Assembly: GCA_049999805.1 (NCBI GenBank)
Contig: JBNGIO010006382.1
Coordinates: forward strand, 96,234 to 160,233
Reading direction: 5' to 3'
DNA: 64,000 nucleotides
DNA from: Folioceros fuciformis
Lineage: Eukaryota
The translations under genes were made by a program, and so were the position numbers. Below are positions 1 through 14,094 of this stretch, piece after piece. The notes below the pieces were generated by a model. The model was not told the DNA's origin. It saw only the letters and a list, made by a program, of their open reading frames with translations, and searched no databases. Positions within the stretch are counted from its first letter, which is position 1; the number at the start of each line of letters is the position of its first letter.

Positions 1-1453
<1,453 letters not shown>

Positions 1454-2949
1454 AACGCACTACCTGTACATAGACATCACAGTAGCTGAAGCATGTGTGT
1501 CTGTTGGCAATCTCCTCGCCATGGTCCATGGAACAATCTAGACGGAACCTTGCACAAGGGGGAAAGGAGAAAGCAGGAGTAGGGCATATTTCAAGGAGAT
1601 CTCGGAACCCATGTTCGTTATTGACCAACACTGCTTGAAAGTAGCAAAAAGTGGTCCGTTCCATACCTTGCCCATGGCCTTTCTCCTTGGTCTGTGTTTT
1701 GAGCCACGAGCAGCAACAGCGTTGGCAGGAGCATGGAGAGACGGGACTTGTGACTTTCGAGGGACGAGTCGCTGTAACTCGGAGAGCCGTTCTGAAAAGA
1801 CCCGCCGTGAGAAATGAGGCAACGGGCCGGGCTGGGCCAGGGGGCTGGGCCAGGCCCCTGAGACTGAGATTCGCGATTTGCGAAGCGGCGGAGTGTCAGG
1901 AGTCAGCTGGCAAGCAGAAGAGGCAGAAGCAGCCAGACCCAGGTCCAGGTCCGGGTCCGGATTCAGGTCCAGGCCCAGGAGAGAAGTGGGGTGTGGGCAA
2001 GTGATCTCCGGGCGTGTGATTCCCTTCCTCCTTCTGGGAGTTGGCGACAAGCTGGTGCAATGATGCATCTCACTGACGCCAGCGTACCGTACGCTCTGAC
2101 ACGCCCTCTGAGGTGCGACGCAGATGTTCCAACTGTTCCGTGGCGTGAGCGGCCTCTCTGTCATCACACGTTCCCTGCCTGCGCACGGCTGGCCCTGCCC
2201 TGCTCTACTACTCTGCTCTGCTCTGCTCTGGCGTGCCTCGCCCTCCCTCCTCCCCGCCCTGCTCTGACCGGTCCTGTCATCACCCCTGGCCACTGTCTAC
2301 GAATTTCTGAGTCTCTTTCTTTCCTTCCCCTGCTCCTCCCTTCCCAGTGGAAATTCCACCATCATCTGCAAGCAACAAAGGAGGTTGTCCTTGCCCCCTC
2401 CCCTTCCCAGTTCCCACCCAAGAGATGCAACATCGGAGGGAGGGTAGGGAGGAGAGAGAGAGGGAGGGAGAGAGAGAGATAGAGACACAGATTCTCCTGC
2501 TGCCATGGTGGATGGGCCAACACCCGAGCCACGGTTGCTAACAATTTGGCATGCTACCGCAGGTAAACAAATCATAGTACAAGAGAACTACTGCCACCCT
2601 GCTCTGCACGCCAAAGCATTGTCTGTAGTCCAGCTCCACGGTAAAGCGAAAGCTGGGTGGGTGTCTAAGGTGATTTCACCACCGTTGGATTAGAGGTAGC
2701 CCAGTAATAGTAAAAGCACAGCGATTACTAACTGTCTTCTGCCTGCGACATAGAAAATTTTACATAGCTGACCAAGGTTTCTATCCACGACCTAAAATCC
2801 TTTACCTGATCCTTTCTGAAGCGTTTCCGAAGGGATTCCCAAGGGTTTATGTCTGATTGGAGATCAACGGAAGTATCTTGGAAGCGCCTTGCCAGCTATG
2901 ACCTCCTTCAGACCCCTTCCAGCCAACCTCAAACTACGGCCCAGCACTG

Positions 2950-5831
2950 TTATCCGGCTGCAACAGCCTCCGGCCGGCTGCCTGCATCCAATGATGAAAA
3001 TTTTCCGGAGGATTCGAACGACTCGTCTTCTCTCCTACCTGAGGATTTCTGGCCTCCGGACCCTGGTCTTGGACTGCCGCTCTTCGTGCCCTCTGAAACC
3101 TTTCCATTCCCTTCCCCTTGCGATATGCTACCCTCATCGTTCTTCAGAGGTTGCTCTTTCGGGGGGGCTTCGTCTCCTCCTCTCAATTTATTCAGTTGCT
3201 CCTGGTATCACCTCACAGACATGAGTCCAATCCATACACAAGACACAGAATCGAGGGCACCAATATGGAGTGAAATGAAATCATTCCAGACACGCTTGAG
3301 TGCCAGGGACATTTGTGCTTACCAAAATGGCCGCATTCTCTGCTTTCAGCTTATTGCATTCTTCATTCAAGTGATTGATTTCAGAGCGAAGTGCCACGTT
3401 CTCCATCGTGAGTGTGTCAACACGTGTTCCGAGCTCCTCACACTCAGCCTATGTGGCAATGCATATTGAGAAAGTTTCTCATTGTGTCCCTTACAAAAAG
3501 AAAACACAAAAAACTCCTGATAGGGCTCCTGCTGACGAGGCCCACTAAAAACACTGGACAAGCATAGGCAGCTTTCGACAGAGAGCGCCGTCAGAATGTA
3601 CCTGCTTTCGCAACCGAGAACGCCTTGCAGACTCCCTGTTCGACTGCTTTCTTCGCTGCCTTTTAACTTCCCTTTCATCCTGCTACGTCACACAAAGCAA
3701 TAAGGGAGATAATGCAGGGAACCTGAGTTCTGCGTTCGACCCAGTGGCTAAGCAAACACGGAACTTGAGTCACAAAGTGATAGGAGGGGACGATTGATTG
3801 TATACCTGCAACCATAACTCAGCAGGGACTCCATCCCGGTTGGGCCCCATGAGTGGAGTACCCGGAGTTCCCGAGACAATTGCACCTGCAGAATTTCCTG
3901 GATTCCGCTTGTTCTTGCCGGCCGCCATTCCAGTCGCCGATCCACTCCAATAATCCATTCCTCCCATGCCTATGCCTAGACTGGTTGTTGGTCCGCCTGG
4001 AGCTGGCTTTCCCACCAGGTGGGGGGGCGCAACAGGTTGGCCTGACGTGGTCCCCGCAGCTGGAACGCCAGGACTTACATATGAACCTCCAGGTTGTGAA
4101 TTATATGCAGGCATACTAGAACCTCCTACTCCCACTCCTGTCAAACCTTCGGTAAGATCAAACTGCAAACTCCCAGGCTGTGGAGGACCCTACAACCCCA
4201 GCCAACCAGACGATACCCTAGACCATGGGACCTTGCACCCACACACCTACACCACGTGAGACTATAAACCCACTTACTTACAAGTGGGGTCTTTGGGCCT
4301 CACCTTCCATCGTCATCTGATCATAATTTCGCTTCCGAGGCATCTGCGAAGCAGCAGGCCCCCAGTTTAGTCACTCACGTCCTGTAATCGTGCTACTCAA
4401 ACAATGCGAGGCAACCACTCAAACTTGCACACGGATAATGCTAACGACTTTACATTAGGCGTACTATCTTCCTCGCTTCCATCGCTTGAGCCATCACTGC
4501 CACTCTCACCACTGGAGACACACAAGTACAGCCATCATTCTCACTGGAGGTCAACTCCCGTTGCTGCACTGGAAGAAAGTGCAACCCTGCACTGAGACTT
4601 TCAAAATGCTCCAAGAAAACATTAGATGAGGATGACAAATGCCATGGCCTACGTTCACATTCATTTGAACACACTGAAGCAGCAGCCCAACGACTACCTC
4701 TGCGAGAAAACCTCATTGGCTGAATTTCCTTTTGCACTCTCACTTCCTTTTCCAGAACCCATTCCAAGACTCCCTAGACTTCCTTTAGACCGCTTCAAAA
4801 GATTTTTCTCTTTTCCTTCAGTCTTGACCTCAGCCTCTGTTCCTGCTGCTTGGGGCTGGATACAGACAGCAACCCTAAGTGTGTCAATCCATACCCACAG
4901 ACTCCAACAGGAGAGAAGGAAAGAGCAGCAGAGTAGGCTCCCATACTGACGAGATGGGAGAGGCTAAACAAACATACCGCAGTGGCTTCTGGTCCACCAG
5001 GTGATGGCATCCCGTACTGTGTGTAGGGATGAGCACCCTGATCCAAACCACAGGCACCTCAAGCAACCATGTATGGCATGGAGCATCCCAACCAAACTTG
5101 ACTGTAACCCTGACACATCACATTTACCTGCGGCATAGAAGGATGGGCGTACATTCCTCCATGAGGATACATAGCACCGTAGGGAGGAGGAGGAGGTGTT
5201 CCGTAAGGTGGCAGCATCTGAGCATGGATCAAGAGTGTGAGATTCCACCCCCAGTCCGAATGTCAACCACAACGCAACTAAACTCAACTCCACTCCAGCA
5301 GCCGGCTGAGCTCCGAACTCACCGAACCACCCCACATGTAAGGGTGAGGCTGAGGGCCGGAGGCGACAGAAGGGGGAAAGTAGCCAGGGGGAGGTTGGCC
5401 ACCAGAATTGTAATACGCCTGCACCACAGGCAAGACACCCTAAAGGCGTGAGCACGGCATTCTAAACCCAGTTGCAAGAGCGTCTCAAAGATCCGAACAT
5501 GACCTGAAACGCTGCGGCCCATTCTGGATACGTGGGGCCGGACGACGCTGCTGTTGGTGCTGGAGGAGCCGCCACAGCGGCCGAGTCCTGCAAAGCTAGA
5601 AACGCATCATTTGCGACGAAAAATTACAAGAAGAAGGGAACCCGACGCAACGGGCTCGTTGGCATTGGACAGACTAAGCAAGGCTAGACCAGTCGCACCG
5701 GGCAAGCACAAGCACAGACAGAGCAGAGCAGCAGCACCAGCACCAGCAGGTTAGACAGCAACGACCGGAGGAGCTCGCTCGCTGGGTACCTTGGCAGCTT
5801 TAGTAGGTGTCCCAATTTCTCCAGTGCCCAT
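2950..5831 (-). CDS. G-box-binding factor (group G bZIP, GBF/HBP-1a-like), multi-exon
   Basis: Spliced exons give MGTGEIGTPTKAAK / YPEWAAAFQ / AYYNSGGQPPPGYF..PHPYMWGG / PPYGTPPPPY / GSDGSSDGSEE. The basic region DEREVKRQRRKQSNRESARRSRLRKQ (about 3602-3679) is followed by the zipper AECEELGTRVDTLTMENVALRSEI. Stop at 2950-2952. Confidence 0.92.
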
Positions 5832-6188
5832 TGCTGGCTGATCCGAGAAAGAATTGCCGGCAATCAGAGGAATTGCGACCGCAAGCTAGAGACCGCCATG
5901 CTGGTATTGCGATTGCTACGCCCACCACTCCACTGCACAGGCAGCCGGAATCAGGTCAGAGGAGACACGCACATCGAACCTTCATCGGACCGGACCGGAG
6001 CGGGCCAGCCCAGCTCTTGCTCTTGCTGCGCAGACATGTCTAATTACGACACCCAAAGCCAAGCCACCTTGCCTTAGAGTGCTCCACTGAGGCGCAGAGT
6101 CATTTTGGCCGGTCTCGGGCAAATGCAAATACCTATCAGCCCCTGCGGTTTTGGGAGACCCCGAGAGGTGAGGTGGAGCCCGTCTCTA

Positions 6189-6249
6189 CCACGTCATTTC
6201 CTCCTTGCCTCACCAACTCCTCAAACCTAGCCTCCTTCCGCCCACGTAA
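6189..6249. promoter_or_regulatory. Two ACGT-core elements (CCACGTCA Hex motif at 6189-6196, CCACGTAA at 6242-6249) upstream of the bZIP gene
   Basis: Motifs read directly, about 360-420 nt upstream of the bZIP ATG. They are short and could occur by chance. Confidence 0.3.
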
Positions 6250-6479
6250 TATCCGATATGCATTTCAAACGCTCTCCTACCCATTACTGCGCTTTAGTAT
6301 TCCACCATTTTCGCCAAATTATTATATATTCTCCACAGCTATCACGATTCCGTTAAAAAAACAAAACACACAAAGATCAGCCGCCATGAATCCAGGGGAA
6401 CAACCCACATAGTAGAAGATCAACAGCCAAAGGAGGAGGAGGAGGAGGAGGAGGAGCCAGGGACTATCCCACACCAATA

Positions 6480-7400
6480 CCCATCTTAAAGCTATCTCTT
6501 ATAGCGTAAAGTATATTTTATTCTTGTCAAATAAAATAGTGCTCATTCCAATCTACCTATCACTCCAAAAGTATGCATTCTTCTTATCCATGGTCTTCCA
6601 TTGCAATTGTGCAAGATGAGTCCTCATTCATGATATTTGAGTTGGCTTCCATAGTAGAGGTCTCACCTTCATACTGGCTTGAGGAAAGACTATATCAATG
6701 CTGGTCATGTTGTGATGCAAGGAAGACTATTCATTGTTCAAAAGGTTTATAGGCTTTCCCCTTTCCCATTATGTGTAAACCCAACAAGCACAGGCAAGAC
6801 TTTGACTTACTTAGAGAACACAAAAACATTTCACTTTTAGAAGTTATGGAGTTCCTAGGCCTTTTGAAAGAAGGTCATTCCCACATTCTTCACTAAACAA
6901 ACACATGATCGCTGTAATGTACATTGTTCTCCTTCCAATCTACAAAATCGAAAGCTCTCCTTCCTATTCATCCTTTCGCCTTAGTACAACCCTTTTAGAA
7001 GAAGAAGAATTCTATTACAATGCATCAAAGGCATATGTTAGTCATGACACTTTGTACTTACCAACTAGTACCATATGATACCTGGCTACTTATTCCAAAG
7101 GGCATCCTTTCCCTTAGGCAACCCATCTAAGTATCGATATGAGAATAGGATTCATAATCCTATAGTTCTTATAAACCTGTGTCCATTTGACCTAAGCATA
7201 AGCATAAGTTGTAACATCCACATACACAAGGCAAGGAATCTCCCAATTTGATAGCTAAAGAGTGGAAGTCTGCACAAGATTGTCCTTGAGCTACTAAAAT
7301 ACCTCATGTTTGGCTTTCGTCTGTTTGAATGGTACATCCTTCTTAGTAAGTACTAGTTGCTTTCTTGACAAAAGCCTTCATAAACCTATGCTGATAACGC
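6480..7400 (-). mobile_element. Degenerate Ty3/gypsy-like pol remnant (RT-RNaseH connection, possibly integrase tail)
   Basis: Minus strand at about 7390-7190 reads RFMKAFVKKAT..LTKKDVPFKQTKAKHEVF..LKDNLVQTSTL*LSNWEIPCLVYVD, resembling the gypsy RFIKDFSKIA..LTKKDVPF..LK..APIL..PDW..F.VYVDAS segment. It has many stops and frameshifts and lies in AT-rich sequence. Confidence 0.6.
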
Positions 7401-8696
7401 ACAAAGATATGAAAGCACATACCTGTTTAACTATCACAACACCAATGTGAGAGCCACCTTATCAATAACAAGAGGTCACTAACCACCACAATAGCACGGT
7501 TCTAAACATTAGGGTTTAGGGTTAGCCCTAGACAATAGGGTTTAGCTTTGGAGCCATTCAAAGCATAAAAGCACTCACAAAGCTGTAGTAGGAGGTAAGC
7601 AATACTACAACCAATGGCCACTCTAAACAAAAGAAAAAGCAATAGCAAGAGTGCACTTTGTAGTAGTAGGCCAGTAACAACGAGAAAAAGGAGGAGGAAT
7701 AAGCACTAATTAAAAGGCACTTGTAGTAGCAACAACCTTAAGGATTTGCAACAACAACAAACACATTGCGCACAGTATGTTAAAAAAGGACTTAGATAGA
7801 CCCACAAGAGGAGTGCTAGGAGCAGCTACATCAATAACAAGGATCAACTAAGATTATTATGAGCCAATCAATCTTGGGAAAAAACCTGCACCAACGTCCA
7901 CTTGCTGAAGAAGTCTGCCTAGACAATTGGACAAGTCCGAGGTAGTAAGTTGTGCCTGTTGTCTCTTGTTATGCTTCTACTTGCCTGTTGTCCTCTTGAA
8001 TTCAGTCCATATTATCCTAAGAAGTCCGGAATTGAGATAGACAATTGGACGTTGTGGTACTAATAATCACAGATAATGATATAACCAGTAATAATAATAC
8101 TCATACTACTAATAGTAAAGTCAGTAATTTCCGCACAAACCTAATGCTGTCCGGAAACGTGGGTACCGAGCGCATCCACTCTCCGGACAGGACGTGTTAT
8201 ATATATATGAGTCCACTCAGCTATAGGCATCTGGACTTTGCAGCTGTGCGCAGGCTAGACGTTTCTAGTCTTGGTTCAGAATCAAGCAGCTCCGGCACGG
8301 GTTTGTGGGTGGCAGGAGGAGGAGCGACGAGTCCGGTGTGTGCGCTGTTTCGGGAGGTGGAAGCTTTCTTACTCCCTGGAAGAGAAGTCTGGAGCGCTTG
8401 TCCTAATTGAGCGCGTGATCCCTGGTCTTTGCGCAACTGCGGCTGATGCGTTACAGTGTTGTGTGTTCGCCGCGCGCGGTAGTGGTCAGTTCTGCTTGTT
8501 TCAGTCACCAGGTTTTCATTTGTAAACCCTAATGGAGACCACCCAAATGCTTAAAACCCTGAAGTATGGAGTTCTCGGGGTTTTGAACAAGCCTGAGGTG
8601 TGTTCTCTGCTTTTGCAGGGGATTGGGACGTATGATTTGAAGTTAAGGATTGGCGCCCGGTTGCTTGGTGGTGGGACTTGAGGGTGGCATCGTGTT

Positions 8697-11604
8697 ATGG
8701 CGTCGTCGTTGTATCAGAACACGGCCCCGGGGAGGCCGCCAGGTCCGCCACCTCCTTTCAGGCAGTCTCAGACTCAGCAGCCTCCTCAGCCTCCTCCGCC
8801 CGGGAACTATTACAATTCTTCTGGGTACCAAAGCTATCCTCCTTATCCCGCGGCCGGTGGTGCAGCGGGGGCTGCAGCTCCTGCTCCCGTCTACGGAAAT
8901 TATGGCCCTCCTCCGGCCGTGGGAAGGGGTCCGGCGTCAGGGACTGCGGCGCAACCTCCTGCTCAGCCACAACCTCCTCAACGCCCGGGTCACACTCCCG
9001 GCCAACACCCTCCGGCTTTTCATCCGTCATCCCAGGCTCCCCCCTCGGCTCCGCTGCCCTCGGCCCAACAGCAGGGTCAGCAGCCTCCTGGTGCGCATGG
9101 TCGACGGGCTGAGACAGAGGCTGAGAGGCATGAGCGGAAGAAGAGGGATTATATGGCCAGGAAGGTTGAGGAAAAGCGGCAGAGAGAAAAATCTCTGGTT
9201 GCTGGGCAGAATCATCAGCGAGGAAGTCAGGCTACTCCAGGGAAACCAGGCCCTAGCGGACCACCCCGTGATCCTCGTGTAGATAAAAGGGCGCAGGCGA
9301 TGAATGAAAAGCTACAGGAGAATCGCCTGAAGAGATCCTCAACATTTATCTGCAAAATGAGGTTTGTCGCCGTCGTGAATTACTCGGGCCTTACAAATAC
9401 ATTGTCTGCTTCTCAATCGCTTACTCCCGGTTCTCGATTTGTGCAACATGCAGATTTAGGAACGAGCTACCTGATCCGGTGTCCCAACCCAAGTTGTTGA
9501 GGATGAGCAATACGAGAGATCAGTACGTACTTGGCTTCGAAGCTTGATTTTCTGCTGTAATCACAGACTGGTCGGTTGCGTGCGAAACATGTGTCTTACT
9601 TCATCTATGTGGTTTGTGCAGGTATACCAAGTATACTATCACCGGCTTAGAGAAGGCGCACAAGTATAGACTGCATGTCGATCCAGACCTGGGCGTTCCC
9701 TTGGATCTTCTAGACATTAGTGCCTACAAGTATGCTTGATGGATTCTGTGGGAATCACGAGCCCACAAGCTTTACATAAGGCTTGGAATGCTAAATCGCT
9801 GGAGTGCTTTTGCTGATGGCTTCACTTGCTTGGCAGTGCCCCGAAAGTAAGGCCACCTCTAGACCCTGCAGATGCGGAGCTGCTCCTTGACGATGAAGTA
9901 TTGAAAAAGGATATGCCAATGAGCCTCAGAAAGAAGGACAGGCCTACTGACAAGGGTGTAGCATGGCTAGTCAAAACTCAGTACATCTCACCCATCAGTT
10001 TCGATCCTGCCAAGCAGGTACTCTATTGGTTTACTGAGTTCCTCACAAACGGGGAATGTTCCCATCTCAGCCAGGGTGCTTGTTGCTTTCTGTTCGTTGC
10101 CAGCCATTAACGGAAAAGCAGGCGAAGGAGCTAAGAGAAATGAAGGAGGGGAGAAAAGAATTTCTTGAAACTCATAATGACAGGTATTTCGTCAGTTGTC
10201 CGACTGTCTTGACTAGAATCTCAGATCTGCGTACAGGGATATGAAAGCTGACCTTTGTTTTCGCATGTGTGATGGCAGGGAGCAACAGATCCAAGCCATT
10301 GAGGAGTCTTTTGAAATTGCAAAACAATTGCCTGTGCATCAAACCAAGCCAGAGCTCAAGCCTGTGGAAATTTTACCTCTATTACCAGACTTCTCCCGGT
10401 ACGTGGCATGTGGATTTGCGTGTTTTTTGCGTCTATGTGCTTGCTTAACTTTTTGGGCTTAACACTTGGTGCTTTACATGCTTGCGTGTTTCAGGTGGGG
10501 AGACCAGTTCGTGCACATGGTGTTTGACAATGAAATTACCGCGGACGCAGAGCTTTTTGCAAAACTTGGAGAGGATGTGCGAGATAAATTGGAAGAACGT
10601 GTACGTACTTGTAACTACAAAGTTATATTGTGGGTTTTTGTAAGGAGTACCCAGGCACTCAGGTTACAAGGTGCCTGCAGGCTGTGGTGAAGAGCTACTC
10701 GTTAGCTGCTGTTGATGAATCTCGTCCAGATGAGAAGTTTGTTGCGTACATGGTGCCAAGGGTTGAGGAGGTATGCAGCTGTCTGTTTTCCTGTCAGCTG
10801 AGATTGTATCAGTGTCGTATTCTTAACCCTTGAATCCATTGTTTTACAGCTAGGCAAAGATCCTTACAGTGAGGAGGAGGAAATTGGCTACTCATGGGTT
10901 CGAGAATACCATTGGGATGTAAGCTTCCCTCTCAAGAAATCATTGAATTTATGGTGGTAATGCCCTCTTCCATTTGGCTGTTGTTGGGGTTTCTCTTACC
11001 TGATGAATTTGTTTTTGTCTTGTGCTGTTCCATGCAGGTCCGTGCTGAAGATGCACGAAATACTTACGTGTTCTGCTTTGGGGAGGAAGATGTCCGATAT
11101 GTGGTAAGTTTTATGTCGAGAGAGGTTCTTTTCGTGCGCGGCGTTTACACATCATAATGTCTTTTATCCGCGGGTGTTCTTATGCTGGTGGTTGGTGTTG
11201 TCTAGCCTCTGCACACGAAGTTGCAACTTCAGAAGAAAAAGGCGAGGGAAGGCAGAACAGAAGTGGATAATGAGTTTGCCATCCCTTCAAGTGTGTCAGT
11301 GCGGTATGTCCCGCCAACCCCTGAAGACGAGCAGCAACGGGCTGCAACAAAGAAGAACTTTGTGGAGGTTAGTCGTCTCTGCCTTTGAGTTCTGTCGAGG
11401 GGTTGGTCCCAAAAACCACAAAAGATTAACAACTTACGTTCTGGAAAGCAGGGACGTGGAGAGGCCAGTGTGGACCAAACTGTCCGGCTTAAGCGTGGGC
11501 GCTCACCTCTTCTAGAATCCACGCCCTTAAAGCGTACTGCCACTGGAAGCAGACGGCCTGCTTCAAACAGGCATTTGAGCGACGAAGACGAGCTTTCAGT
11601 TTAG
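8697..11604 (+). CDS. PAF1: RNA polymerase II-associated factor 1 (PAF1/ELF7/VIP2 homolog), multi-exon
   Basis: Pro/Gln-rich N-terminus, then STFICKMRFRNELPDPVSQPKLL, YTKYTITGLEK, DLGVPLDLLD, KKDRPTDKGVAWLVKTQYISP, PVHQTKPELKPVEILPLLPDF, YSWVREYHWDV. GT-AG introns. Ends DEDELSV* at 11604. Confidence 0.95.
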
Positions 11605-12568
11605 AGGTACTTAGCCGGCAACACATCCGCGCCCAATTAGGGCCGATTTTTTGTTGAGGTTAATGAATTTAGAAAAAAATCGCGAGTTGTACAGTTCACC
11701 TAGACGCCGTTTCCGATTTGCCTTTTTTGAAATCGCTTATCCTTGTACTGACAAGTTTGCAGTTTTATTACAGTGTTTGACCTCTCATATGGAACTATGT
11801 GGTGCTCGAAGGACACACACTTCGAACATTCAGCGGCCTTGCTCGGTAAGTGGATTGTTGGGAATGTGCCAGTCATTTCTGGTTCTTGCTGTCGTCGAGT
11901 TTTAGTGCTCGCAAAGGTCCATTGCTAGCTGCGTTGGGTCGCTAGAGCTTCCGGTTGCTGGCGAATGCGTTGCTTGAGAGTGACTATGGAGTGACTCTTT
12001 GTTGTTCGAGTGAGTACGAGGATCTCCTAACCACAACAGTCTCTCGTGATTGTAGGTTTGGTGGTGAGTGTTTCCTCGTGGTTTGAGCATTGTCGAGATC
12101 TATGAACGCGCAGATCTATGAGTTGTTGGAAATACTGAATCTCTCTTTCATGCTGCGACGAGTAGTCTTGGCCTGCCGCTCAGGGCCGCAGGCAGTTTCA
12201 TCCTATCCCGGCCTTTCCAGTAATCGGCCTATCCGCTTTCGCGACACAGTTTCAAAACCACTTCAAATATGCCACAGAAAGAGGCAGTTGTGGTACTGTT
12301 ACCTGGTCTAGCGAATTCCAAAACGGTGTTTTCGTGGTATGTCCGACACTGAAATGGCGGCGCTCTACTTCAAAATTCTGGTGGTTTGCTTACCTCCATG
12401 AATGCTGATATATGGTTCGTGCAGGTTGTCTAAGGCAGGAGACTAGGAGGCATCACCTTCAGTTTTTTCCATGGCGGTGCAGCACCTAGAACGACGCAGA
12501 AGGTTCCCTCAGATCATTTTTCACTGTGCAGCTGCTGGCTGTAAGTCTTTCTTACAAGTGAAGAGCTG

Positions 12569-13462
12569 TCACTTGTCGGTCACAAGTGGCCGCGGACGAG
12601 AAGAACTTCATCCTCCTTTACTTCCGCGGGAGCCAAGTGTTCCTTCGCCACATTATCAACTTCCCTTCGGAAATTATAGCTGAAGGTCTGTTGTCCGTAC
12701 GGCGCCATGAGATTGTAGTCTAGGACCTGCGAAACTAGTAGCGCAGGTCATGATCCCTTGACTCGCTGTCTCTTGGGTAAGCCAGAAAGTTGGGGCCACT
12801 CCGCACGATGGAACCGACCTGTCTGTTGATGTCCTTGAGTTCAGTCTCTAACGACTTCAATCTCTCATTCCATCTTCCCTCGCTCTCGGCTCTCTTCTTC
12901 ATGGCAAAGCGCAGCGTGAGGCGCCACTTATGCATTTGGAATCGTATCTCTTTGTGCAGCTCTACCCACCTGGGCGCAAATCCGTTCTTAGCTAACACCC
13001 TGTTCAGCACCTCCTCGTCGGGATCACCGTGAGAGTGATGATCAAGATTGAGCGGCTTCCCTTTCCCCGGCAGATTCTCAAACTCCCCTTCCCCCATCGA
13101 CTCAAGTATGCGCTGTTCCACGACGTTGGCCAGATCCCCCTCCGTCCTGCCAATATAGCCCATGTAATTGCCTTGTCTTCCAATTCAAGCCATGGTTGCG
13201 CGACGGGGCATGTATCTTTGCCACCTCACCTGACAAATTGTGAGCGGCCTCGCAAATCCTGAGGCACGCACTTGTGTTGCAAGTACTGCTGCGCCAGGCG
13301 CATTCGCTCCGCCACTTGCCGCACCTTGTTCTTGCTCTTCTCTTCCGCCGCTTTCTTAGCCGCCGTGTCCTCGACACCCGCTCGCCACCACAGCGCGGCC
13401 TCCTGCGACCGCCAGCAGCAGCGGCGCAGCGGGGTCACACCTAACCTCGCGGCCAAGGCCAT
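12569..13462 (-). CDS. DUF1992 / DnaJ subfamily C member 28-like protein (no J domain seen), probably organelle-targeted
   Basis: DLANVVEQRILESMGEGEFENLPGKGKPLNL..RVLAKNGFAPRWVELHKEIR; last exon VLDYNLMAPYGQQ..TDK*. Arg-rich presequence-like N-terminus MALAARLGVTPLRRCC. Confidence 0.85.
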
Positions 13463-14094
13463 CGCTGGCAAAAACGTTACCACACGGGCAGTGACATATG
13501 CGTGCATAAGCTTTACATCTGTACAAAATCTGGATTTGTTCGTCGGAAAAACCCTCGAACAAGGGTCCACAGCAAATCCGCGGCAATGGCATCAACGAGG
13601 GCAGTGAGGGCCACCCCTTACCATCTTTTCTCCTCCTCGCTTAGGCCTGGCCAGCAGGCTCTGAGGGGTTGCGGCGTCCTGGAGAAACATTCTTGGCTGC
13701 CTGCATCGTGATTCTTCATTGCTCAAGCCTTGATTGCTCGCGGCAAGGGAGCCGAACTTGGCAGCTTGGTCCTCCTTTGTGATTCTTTGATTCCCAAGTC
13801 TACTCGGGACATCAGTCTTTTACCACAAGTTCTCTTAGTAATTGACTGGCTCCAGTGTGGATACACCATTTCACATTTCTGACAACAAATTCTCCGGGCA
13901 ATTGGCTCCGGTGGTGTTTCTGCAAGCTTCACGGATTGTCCCCCTGAAAAGCTTCAGGGCTTGTCCCCCTAAAAGGATCACGGCTTGTCCACACTAAGTT
14001 GGATTTCCTTTGCACTAAAGTCTCCACATTTGATTCGCTATATACTGTAGGTCAACTATAAACAATCAACGAGTTTAACTTACTTAATGGGAAG

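Noticed and set aside
1538-2293. 251-aa minus-strand ORF
   Set aside because: Built largely from simple repeats (CTCTG, CCAGGT), with a non-ATG start and no recognisable domain.
2318-2345. Resemblance of the CT-rich arm to miR482-family sequences
   Set aside because: Low-complexity pyrimidine match with several mismatches; not supportable.
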